Source of the DNA: Hyphomonas sp.
Lineage (GTDB): Bacteria; Pseudomonadota; Alphaproteobacteria; Caulobacterales; Hyphomonadaceae
Length of the DNA: 64,000 nt
Assembly: GCA_020425315.1 (NCBI GenBank)
Contig: JAGQRO010000093.1
Span: forward strand, 5,554 to 69,553
Reading direction: 5' to 3'
In this document: positions 17,528 to 25,743 of the stretch, one piece after another
Layout of the letters: each line of letters starts with the position of its first letter
How positions within the stretch are numbered: the first letter of the stretch is position 1
Made by a program: the position numbers and the translations under genes
The notes under the pieces: generated by a model
Databases searched by the model: none
What the model saw: the letters and a program-made list of their open reading frames with translations, nothing else
What the model was told of the DNA's origin: nothing

Positions 17528-19672
17528 ATGAACCGCGTACTCGCAACCAGCTGTTTTGCGATCAGCCTGGCGCTCGCCTCGGGCCAGATGGCCGCCGCCC
17601 AGGAAGGCACGTCCGATGAGGGCGCCGCCGAAACCGGCCTCACCCTCGATGCGGTGACCGTGAACGCCCAGAAGCGCGAGGAAAGCGCGCAGGATGTTCC
17701 GATCACGCTCAATGCCTTCACACCCAACCAGATTGCCGAGCGCGGGCTTGATTCGATTTCCGATCTTGCCGGACAGTTGCCGGGCGTTCAGTTCTCGGAG
17801 TTTTCCGGATCGGGCAATGTCTCGATCCGCGGCGTTGGCACGGCCATCGTGTCCGGCACCGGAGAGAATTCCGTCGCCGTCCATATCGACAATATTTTCC
17901 TGACCCAGCCCAAGGCCTTCACCATGATCCAGGAGGATCTCGGATCGGTCGAAGTCCTGAAAGGACCGCAGGGAACGCTTTATGGCCGCAACTCCACGGG
18001 AGGTGTGATCAATTTCTTCTCGGCCGCGCCGTCAACCGAGTTCGGCGCAGGCGCTTCCCTGCTCGCCGGCAACTATGACCGCTACAAGGCGACCGGCTAC
18101 ATCACTGGCCCGCTTTCCGACAATGTGGCCGCGCGCCTATCGGTTCAGGTGGAAGAACGCGGCGGCTATTCCGAAAACCTGACCACCGGCCAGGAGCTTG
18201 AAGACCTCAGCGCTAAGGGTGGCCGCCTCAGCATCGACGCCTCGCCGGCCGCCGGCTGGGATTCGGCCCTTCGCATCTCCTATCGCAAGGAAGATTTCGC
18301 CGGACCCGTCTACGATTCCTTCGACGCCAACTTCCCGGTGGTCCCGCCACCCTTCTCGGCCCTCGACCCCAGAGAGGTCCGCTCGCAGGCGGACTTTGAC
18401 TCCTCGAAGGAGCTCACCCTCGTTTCGCTCAAGAACACGGTCGCTCTCTCGGATTCCGTGAAGCTGGTTTCGGTCACGGGCTATTCCGACTTCGAGGAAA
18501 AGGGCATATTTGACGGCGTCGGCTCCGATGTTTCCGTCCTGCTGGACCGTCAGCAGACATCTGAGGCCTTTACCCAGGAACTGAACCTGGTCGGAGAAAC
18601 AGACACGCTCGACTGGTTGCTTGGCGTCTATTACCTCAAGGAAGACATCGACAGCGCCGCAAACACCGACTTTTCCTCCTTCTCCAACCTGCCTTTCGGC
18701 TCGATCATCCAGAGCAATGTCCAGTCATCCAGCAAGACCAGCTATTCCGTCTTTGCGGACGCGACCTATTCCGTTTCAGACCGCACACGGATCTTCGGCG
18801 GCGTCCGCTGGATCCAGGAAGAGATCGAACAGGACCTGTACGTCTCCACAGCCGGCTTCGAGCTCTGCTCGCCATTCACCGTACCGCAGGAAAATATCGA
18901 TTCCGACATTACAGGACGGCTCGGCCTCCAATATGACGCCACTGCCAATGCCATGGTCTACGGCCAGGTCTCGCGCGGGTACAAGGTGGGCGGATATTCC
19001 CAGTCCACGTGCAACAACCCATTCAAGCCGGAAACGATCGATGCGGTCGAGGCCGGCCTGAAGGGTAGTTTCAACAATGGCCGCGTGAAATTCAACGCCG
19101 CTGCCTTCTACTACGACTACTCAAACCTTCAGTTGGAACAGGCGACGCCCACGGGCATCCCGGTCGTGAACGCGCCAAGCAGCCATGTGCTGGGGGCGGA
19201 CGTCGAACTGGTCGCCCTCATCTCGGACGCACTCAGCGTCGACGCGCTCGTCTCCCTTCTCGACAGCGAGTATGACGAGTTCATCAACACGGACCCGCTG
19301 CTGGGAGCTCCTCCTGGTGCGGACCTGTCCGGCATCGCCCTCAATTATGCGCCCGCCTATTCACTCCTGCTGGGGGCCGACTACCGGTTGGACTTCCAAG
19401 CGGGCGGCGATCTCAGCCTGCGCGGCGAAGTCTATGTCACGGATGAGTACCAGGTGCGGGAGTTCGAACTTCCCTGGACAACCCAGGACGGCTTTACTCA
19501 GGTGAATGCCTACATCACCTGGACGCCCTCGGACGACCACTACCGCGTGCGCGCCTTCGTCAAAAATGCAACGGATGAGGACGTGCTCGGCGGCGTGCTT
19601 GGCTTCGGCGGCGCCCTCGGCTCGTTCCAGCCGCCCCGCACCTACGGCATAGAACTCTCCGCCGACTTCTGA
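17528..19672 (+). CDS. TonB-dependent receptor
   Basis: ATG 17528 after GGGAGGA; signal peptide, VTVNAQKREE, VEVLKGPQGTLYGRN, C-terminal F; the listed ORF extension from 17027 overlaps the Lrp gene and is not credible. Confidence 0.92.
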   Translation: MNRVLATSCFAISLALASGQMAAAQEGTSDEGAAETGLTLDAVTVNAQKREESAQDVPITLNAFTPNQIAERGLDSISDLAGQLPGVQFSEFSGSGNVSIRGVGTAIVSGTGENSVAVHIDNIFLTQPKAFTMIQEDLGSVEVLKGPQGTLYGRNSTGGVINFFSAAPSTEFGAGASLLAGNYDRYKATGYITGPLSDNVAARLSVQVEERGGYSENLTTGQELEDLSAKGGRLSIDASPAAGWDSALRISYRKEDFAGPVYDSFDANFPVVPPPFSALDPREVRSQADFDSSKELTLVSLKNTVALSDSVKLVSVTGYSDFEEKGIFDGVGSDVSVLLDRQQTSEAFTQELNLVGETDTLDWLLGVYYLKEDIDSAANTDFSSFSNLPFGSIIQSNVQSSSKTSYSVFADATYSVSDRTRIFGGVRWIQEEIEQDLYVSTAGFELCSPFTVPQENIDSDITGRLGLQYDATANAMVYGQVSRGYKVGGYSQSTCNNPFKPETIDAVEAGLKGSFNNGRVKFNAAAFYYDYSNLQLEQATPTGIPVVNAPSSHVLGADVELVALISDALSVDALVSLLDSEYDEFINTDPLLGAPPGADLSGIALNYAPAYSLLLGADYRLDFQAGGDLSLRGEVYVTDEYQVREFELPWTTQDGFTQVNAYITWTPSDDHYRVRAFVKNATDEDVLGGVLGFGGALGSFQPPRTYGIELSADF

Positions 19673-19785
19673 CGCACCGGCCCGCGCTATCCGGATTGCC
19701 GGCAGGCTTGCCTCCTGCCCTTTCAGATGCGCATCTATCGTCCAGCGATCCGCATGCGAGATAGCGCGGGACAAGGAGGACGCCG

Positions 19786-20589
19786 ATGAGCAAGACCGTC
19801 AGGATCGACCGCCGCGGGCCCGTGTTCACCATCACACTGGACCGGCCGGACCGGCTGAACGCCATCAGCCCGGACCTGATTGCCGATCTCAGCGAGGCGC
19901 TGGACGAATGCGCCGGGGACACGGACATGCGGGTCCTGATCCTCACCGGTGCCGGCCGAGGCTTCTGCGCAGGGGCCGATCTTGCCCCCGAAGGGTCCGG
20001 CAAGCGTCCCAGCTTGCGTCAACGAAAGCTGGCCCACAAAAGGGGCATGGATGAGGGCTTCAACGGCCTCGTCCGGCGGCTGAAAGACATGCCGGCCCCG
20101 ACGATCGCGGCGGTGAATGGCGTGGCCGCCGGCGGCGGCTGCGGCCTGGCCCTGTCCTGCGATGTGGTGATCGCGGCAGATGTTGCCCGCTTCATTCTCG
20201 TATTCGTGCCACAGCTGGGTCTTATCCCCGATATGGGCGCGACCTGGTTCTTTCCGCGCGCCATGGGCCGGGCCCGGTCGCTCGGCCGGGCCTTCTTCGG
20301 CGAGCCGATTTCCGCCGAAGAAGCGGTGGAGATGGGGCTCATCTGGAAGCAGGTTCCCGAAGCCGATTTCCCGCAGGTTGTAGAGGATGCTGCGCAGGTT
20401 CTGGCCCGAGGCCCGACCCGTGCCTATGTCGCCACCCGGCACGCAATGGACATGGCAACGATCAACACATTGCCCCGGCAGCTGGACCTGGAGGCAGAGA
20501 TCCAGCCGGAGCTCCTCGTATCGGAAGATTTCCGCGAAGGGGTGAAAGCCTTCCTCGAAAAGCGCAATCCCGACTTCACCGGCCAGTAG
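19786..20589 (+). CDS. Enoyl-CoA hydratase/isomerase, PaaG-like
   Basis: LDRPDRLNA, FCAGADL, AAGGG, GLIPDMG (Asp type, lacks both hydratase Glu), AFLEKR.P.F.G. Confidence 0.88.
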   Translation: MSKTVRIDRRGPVFTITLDRPDRLNAISPDLIADLSEALDECAGDTDMRVLILTGAGRGFCAGADLAPEGSGKRPSLRQRKLAHKRGMDEGFNGLVRRLKDMPAPTIAAVNGVAAGGGCGLALSCDVVIAADVARFILVFVPQLGLIPDMGATWFFPRAMGRARSLGRAFFGEPISAEEAVEMGLIWKQVPEADFPQVVEDAAQVLARGPTRAYVATRHAMDMATINTLPRQLDLEAEIQPELLVSEDFREGVKAFLEKRNPDFTGQ

Positions 20590-20688
20590 GAAGACCCACG
20601 CGTCCGGCGGGCTGATTGGTATGGACTCATTCTTGCTTCGCGAAGCAGTTGCCGCAACGCGCCCAATTGCAGACGAGACTTACGCCCC

Positions 20689-21336
20689 ATGCTGTATGAT
20701 CCGGCTCACAAATTCATCTTCGTCCACATCTGGAAGACCGGCGGAGAATCCATCGTTGCCGGCCTGCGCGACCATTGCCCCCCCTATTTCCGAAATCGGT
20801 ACATCAACAAGGGCATCCGGCTGACACCGACCCCGTCGCGTCTCCTGCTCGGCTGGCGCGCCGAGCTCGTGTTGGAGCAGCATATGACGGGGGAGGAGAT
20901 CCGGCAGATCATGCCGCGGGAAGCCTTTGACGAGTCGTTCAAATTCACCTTCGTACGCAATCCATGGGACTGGCAGGTTTCTGCCTATTTCTATGCCATT
21001 CAGACCAGGGCCCATTCCCATCATGAGGAAATCCGGAGCCTCGGATCGTTCGACGCGTTCGTTCGTTACCAGTGCGAACGGGGCGCGCCGAGCCAGTCTT
21101 CCTTCGTCTTTGACCAGGATGGCCGTTCGCTCATGGATTTTGTCGGCCGGTTCGAGTACCTCGAAGAGGATTTCCAGACTGTCTGCCAGAAGCTCGGCAT
21201 TGAGGCGGCCCTGCCGCACCGGAACGCGTCGCAACGCGACCAGGATTGGCGCTCCTACTATACAGACGAGACCAGGGCCCTCGTCGGCGACTTGTTCAGG
21301 CGCGACATCGAAGAATTCGGATACAGTTGGGATTGA
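20689..21336 (+). CDS. Sulfotransferase family 2 protein
   Basis: FVHIWKTGGESI (5'-PSB), FVRNPWDWQVSAY (3'-PB), FVGRFEYL, DIEEFGY. Confidence 0.85.
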   Translation: MLYDPAHKFIFVHIWKTGGESIVAGLRDHCPPYFRNRYINKGIRLTPTPSRLLLGWRAELVLEQHMTGEEIRQIMPREAFDESFKFTFVRNPWDWQVSAYFYAIQTRAHSHHEEIRSLGSFDAFVRYQCERGAPSQSSFVFDQDGRSLMDFVGRFEYLEEDFQTVCQKLGIEAALPHRNASQRDQDWRSYYTDETRALVGDLFRRDIEEFGYSWD

Positions 21337-21391
21337 TCTGTTCATTCGCGTCCAAAAGTCCTAAACGACCTTGCCCGCGCAGCCGCCCTGA

Positions 21392-22627
21392 ATGAGACTG
21401 ATGGAATTGCCGAACGACGAAACCGAAACGACGATGATCGCCAGGCAGGATCGGGCAGACACGGCGCCCGCAGCCCAGAGTCCTGTCGCGGCAATGGCCT
21501 ATTTTGCTGGCGACGCCACCAATCCGACGGTTCGGCTTCGCATTGGATCTTTCCTGAAACGCGGCGTCGATGTCGTGGGGCTGACCTTCAGGCGCGACAA
21601 ATTCCATCAGGACTTCACGCCCTTCTGGCCCAACATTGCCTTGGGCACGACTCGGGACCGCCACTACCTCCGGCGCTTCGGAACCATCCTGCTCGCATTT
21701 CGAACGATCTGGCGCGAACGCGCCCGGCTGAAAAAGGTCGAAGTCCTTTACGCGAGACTTTTCGATGTTGCCTTCATCGCCATGGTTTCGCGCTGGCTGC
21801 TGGGACTGGATGCCAAACTTGTCTACGAGATCGAGGACGTTCAGGCAGTCTTCTTCAGGCGGGGCCTGACCGGGTCCATTTTCCGGTTTCTCGAACGGCG
21901 CGTCCTGGCCGCCTCCAGCCTCGTGGTTGTCCCCTCGCCCGGATTTGTGGAAGGCTACTTGCGACCCTTCCAGAATTATGAAGGTCCGACCTATCTGCTG
22001 GAAAACCGCATTCAGCTGGATGAAATCCCCTCGGCAGAATCCAGCGCGTCAACGCGCTGGCGAGACGTTCAGGATCGCTGGGTCATCGGCTGGTTCGGTA
22101 CACTTCGTTGCCGCAAGAGCATGCAGCTGCTCGAAGAGATTGCCGAGCGTCTCGGCGACCGGGTGCTGATCTATACGCGCGGATACCCCACAGAAACGGG
22201 GATCGATGCCTATATGGAGATCGTGAACCGTCACCCCAACTGGGTCTATGATGGTCCGTACACGATGCCGGACGATCTTGAAGACCTCTATGGCCGGGTT
22301 CACTTCGTCTGGTGCCTCGACTTCCTTGATGAAGGCGGCAACTCGGAACTCCTACTCGCCTGCCGGATGTATCATGGCGGCTATTTCGGCGCCGCGCCGC
22401 TGGTGAGCGAAAAGTCCCAGATGGCCCGCCATCTGGCGCCGTACGGGGTTGGCCATCAGCTGTCCGACGAATATGTCGACGATGTGTGCGACCTCCTGGG
22501 CCGCCTCACCTGGGAGGAATATGTTCAGGAGCGCGAATCCCTTCTGGCGCTGCGCGATGAGCTGTTCCTGGAGGATGGTTCCGGCATCATAGGCGTTCTG
22601 AACGCGATCGCTGCGGCACCCGCCTAA
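21392..22627 (+). CDS. ExoL-like glycosyltransferase (GT-B); start uncertain
   Basis: LVYEIED, LLEN, VIGWFGTLRCRKS, DL..LYGRVHFVW..DF..EG.NS..LL..R.Y as in rhizobial ExoL. Confidence 0.75.
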   Translation: MRLMELPNDETETTMIARQDRADTAPAAQSPVAAMAYFAGDATNPTVRLRIGSFLKRGVDVVGLTFRRDKFHQDFTPFWPNIALGTTRDRHYLRRFGTILLAFRTIWRERARLKKVEVLYARLFDVAFIAMVSRWLLGLDAKLVYEIEDVQAVFFRRGLTGSIFRFLERRVLAASSLVVVPSPGFVEGYLRPFQNYEGPTYLLENRIQLDEIPSAESSASTRWRDVQDRWVIGWFGTLRCRKSMQLLEEIAERLGDRVLIYTRGYPTETGIDAYMEIVNRHPNWVYDGPYTMPDDLEDLYGRVHFVWCLDFLDEGGNSELLLACRMYHGGYFGAAPLVSEKSQMARHLAPYGVGHQLSDEYVDDVCDLLGRLTWEEYVQERESLLALRDELFLEDGSGIIGVLNAIAAAPA

Positions 22628-23778
22628 TTGTTCGGATAAATCAGGTCAGGGTTGGCAGCATCGACATGACGCCCGACATAGTTGATGAGATTGCGGACGG
22701 TCTCCTCCGAAATCTGTATCGGTGACACGCCGAAATTGTGCACGCTGATATTGTCGACCGTCATGTCATTGCCCGGCGGTTCGGCGCGCGGCGAAGGCAG
22801 CCGGACAATTTCGCAATTTCCCGTGCGCGCGAAGAGGTCCGCAAGGTCGCTAATCCTCATCGTCTGCGCGACCTGGTTGACCACACGCACGCGCCCATCC
22901 TCCGTAGGTGGAGACGCCAGCACGGCTTCTACGCAGTTCAGCACATCGTCGATATGGATGAAGCCCCGCGTCTGGTTCCCTGTACCGTACACGGATATCG
23001 GCTTTCCGAGTGCCGCCTGAACGGCGAACCTGTTGATAACCGTGCCATAGATGGTGTCATAGTCGAACCGGTTTGCAAGCCGCGGATCGACCAGTGTTTC
23101 CAGCGTTTCCGCGCCCCAGACAGTGCCCTGATGCAGATCGCTCGCGCGAACGCCGAATTTCGCCGCATAGTAGGCAATAGCCAGATGGTCCAGCGCCTTG
23201 GTCAGGTGATAGTGCGAGACCGGATTGAAAGGATGCAGGATCTTCTCTTCCGGCGCCAGAGACCCATCGGCCAGGACGCGCCTGATATTCAGATACCCTT
23301 CCGGAATCTCGTAATCGAGCGTTTCGTAACCATAGACACCGACAGACCCGATATGAACCAGGTGCGCATCGACTTTCGCTTCAACCATTGCCGCCAACAG
23401 GTTCGTCGTCGCCATGAGATTGTTGCGGATCGTGTATTGCCCGGCCGCCGATGACATCATCGAATAGGGCACCGCGCGCTGTTCGGCCATGTGCACGACG
23501 CTGTCAGGCTGAAATGTCGCCAGAAGATCGACAAGCGCGCCGAAATCCTCCGCCACGTCGACATTGTGCAGTGTTATGCGCTTGCCGCTCGCCTCGTTCC
23601 AGGCCGCCACCCGCCCCTCAAGGTCCTGAATGGCGACCAGACTGTCCGACCCCAGGTCGCGATCGATGCGCCGGCGGGAGAGATTGTCGACAATCGAAAC
23701 GTCCATACCACGGGCAGACAGGCGAAGTGCCGTCGGCCAGCCACAATAGCCATCTCCACCCAGGATAAGCGACCGCAT
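22624..23778 (-). CDS. sqdB: UDP-sulfoquinovose synthase-like SDR (divergent SqdB)
   Basis: LGGDGYCGWPTAL, DNLSRR, AEQRAVPYSM, YHLTK, DLHQG.VWG, RFDYD..YGTVINRF, YGTG.QTRGFIHI; start moved to ATG 23778. Confidence 0.8.
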   Translation of the reverse strand: MRSLILGGDGYCGWPTALRLSARGMDVSIVDNLSRRRIDRDLGSDSLVAIQDLEGRVAAWNEASGKRITLHNVDVAEDFGALVDLLATFQPDSVVHMAEQRAVPYSMMSSAAGQYTIRNNLMATTNLLAAMVEAKVDAHLVHIGSVGVYGYETLDYEIPEGYLNIRRVLADGSLAPEEKILHPFNPVSHYHLTKALDHLAIAYYAAKFGVRASDLHQGTVWGAETLETLVDPRLANRFDYDTIYGTVINRFAVQAALGKPISVYGTGNQTRGFIHIDDVLNCVEAVLASPPTEDGRVRVVNQVAQTMRISDLADLFARTGNCEIVRLPSPRAEPPGNDMTVDNISVHNFGVSPIQISEETVRNLINYVGRHVDAANPDLIYPNN

Positions 23779-24169
23779 CTTCAGAAATCCACTGTGCAGC
23801 AATAGCCCGAGGCAGCCCCTGCAGCCTTTGCCCGCATCCTCCAAGAGCCAAATTCCGAAGAGGAACTGCAAGTGTCAAGCCACGATGGCCGGCCGCGGTC
23901 AGACTCACTGCCTGCCGGTCAGGGCAGAGACGCAGATGTGTGTTTTCCGGGCCAGGGTGCGCAATATCTGTAGGTCATCTGGCCGGCGGCGCTGCCAGAC
24001 GAATTTGAACCAACCGCTGTTTTTCATGGACACGGCGGGGTCAGACAGCGATCAGCGCGCCTCATTCGAAACGAACAGGGTAGAAGCGATTTGAGCCTGG
24101 CCCCGCGCTTCATGATCCTTTGGTGACTTAATTTGTGAATTCCATTCTGCGCCGCTCGAGCATGCAAAC

Positions 24170-25105
24170 TTAAGTGCCCGATAGGGCATCATGGAGGTTT
24201 GCCAGCAATACTTTCCCCATCGCAAGGCGCGTCTCCTCGGTGGCGCTGCCAATATGGGGAAGGACAAAAGCGTTGGAAAGCGTGCGGTAGCGAGGATCGA
24301 TATCTGGCTCACCATTGAACACATCGAGCCCAACTGCGCCAAGGCGACAAGATTTCAGCGCCGCAATGACGTCACCATCGACAACCAGATCACCCCGGCC
24401 TGTGTTGATCAAAACCGCGCGCGGCGGCAGTTTTTCGATCAGCGCCGCATTGACCAGCCCCCGCGTTGTGGGGGTGGACGGACAATGCAGGGAGAGCACG
24501 TCGCAGCGCGACAGAAAAGCGTCCATGTCCGACACTGGCTCCGCGCCGATGGCGTCGAAGTCCGCAGACCGTGACCGGCCGGACCAGTAGTGCACCGGCA
24601 TGCCAAAGGCCTGTGCGCGCTTTACCGTGGCGAGACCAATCCGCCCCGCGCCATAGATGCCGAGCCGCTTGCCGGTGACGTCACGGCCAAATACCTGAGC
24701 CGGCTGCCAGCCGGTCCAGCGATCCTCACTGATCATGCGGAAGGCTTCCGCCGCCCCGCGCAGCGCGCCGAGGATCAGCAGCAGGGCAACATCCGCTGTC
24801 GCATCGGTCAGCACGTCTGGCGTATTGGTAACGGTGATACCACGCGCCTCGGCCGCGGCGAGATCAACATGGTCGAGGCCGACGGAATAGCTGGAGATGA
24901 CGCGCACACTTTCAGGCAACTCGGCAATGAGGGCTGCATTTACCGGATCACCGGGCGAGACGATGAGAGCGTCAGGTTCGCCGATCTGCTTCAGGAACGC
25001 CTCCGGCCCCAGCGCCTTCAGCGATATCTGCGAAACCTGAAAGCGCGCCGCGGTCGCCTGCAGAACATCTGCCGGCAGGTCCTGTGTGACGATGACATGT
25101 TTCAT
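24170..25105 (-). CDS. D-2-hydroxyacid dehydrogenase (glyoxylate/hydroxypyruvate reductase-like)
   Basis: SVGLDHVD, NTPDVLTDATAD, G.GRIG, INTGRG, LDVF..EP, PHIGSAT; ATGA-coupled at 25102-25105. Confidence 0.9.
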   Translation of the reverse strand: MKHVIVTQDLPADVLQATAARFQVSQISLKALGPEAFLKQIGEPDALIVSPGDPVNAALIAELPESVRVISSYSVGLDHVDLAAAEARGITVTNTPDVLTDATADVALLLILGALRGAAEAFRMISEDRWTGWQPAQVFGRDVTGKRLGIYGAGRIGLATVKRAQAFGMPVHYWSGRSRSADFDAIGAEPVSDMDAFLSRCDVLSLHCPSTPTTRGLVNAALIEKLPPRAVLINTGRGDLVVDGDVIAALKSCRLGAVGLDVFNGEPDIDPRYRTLSNAFVLPHIGSATEETRLAMGKVLLANLHDALSGT

Positions 25106-25731
25106 GCACTGCCTTCGATGGCCCATATCCAGGGATGCGCCTTGCGGTCCGCGGCCTGCCAGGCCGCGATGGCATCCTTATAAGTCTCCGTGATGCCAAT
25201 TTCATCGAGCCCTGCCAACAGGCGCGACTTGTGGCCGGGGTCGATATCAAAGGGAATTTCCGTGCCGTCCGGGAGGGTCAGCACTTGCCGGGGCAGGTCT
25301 GCGCCAAATTCTGCGCCGCCGTTTGCATCAATCGCCACCTGCATCAGCCGGGCATGTTCCGTATCGTCCAGTTGGACCGGTAGGACACCATTCTTGATGC
25401 AGTTTCCGTAGAATATATCACCAAATGTCGGGGCCACGATGACGCGGAGGCCCATCCCCTGCAGCGCATGGACGGCACCCTCGCGGGAACTGCCACAGCC
25501 GAAATTGCGCCCGGCAATGAGGATCGATGCGCCACGGAATTCCGGGCGGTTCAGCACAAAATCCGGATTGTCCGATCCGTCTTCGCGGAAGCGGAGCGGC
25601 AGGAAGGCCTTCTCGCCGAGCCGCGCACGCGGGGTCATCATCAAAGGTCCCATGGGAATGATGACGTCGGTATCGATGTTCTCGACCGGAAACGGGGCGG
25701 CGAGTCCGGTGTGGGTTTCAAAGGCTTGCAT
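25102..25731 (-). CDS. leuD: 3-isopropylmalate dehydratase small subunit-like (LeuD family, atypical)
   Basis: NIDTDVIIP, NFGCGSSRE, FGDIFYGNC.KNG, LL.GLDEI. Confidence 0.85.
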   Translation of the reverse strand: MQAFETHTGLAAPFPVENIDTDVIIPMGPLMMTPRARLGEKAFLPLRFREDGSDNPDFVLNRPEFRGASILIAGRNFGCGSSREGAVHALQGMGLRVIVAPTFGDIFYGNCIKNGVLPVQLDDTEHARLMQVAIDANGGAEFGADLPRQVLTLPDGTEIPFDIDPGHKSRLLAGLDEIGITETYKDAIAAWQAADRKAHPWIWAIEGSA

Positions 25732-25743
25732 GCATCCTGTTCC

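Noticed and set aside
19681-19770. tRNA gene
   Set aside because: Multi-stem fold lacks the T-loop GTTCRA, D-loop and anticodon geometry, and CCA end
23883-24169. Small gene or pseudogene in the sqdB-dehydrogenase spacer
   Set aside because: No recognisable motif or RBS in any frame
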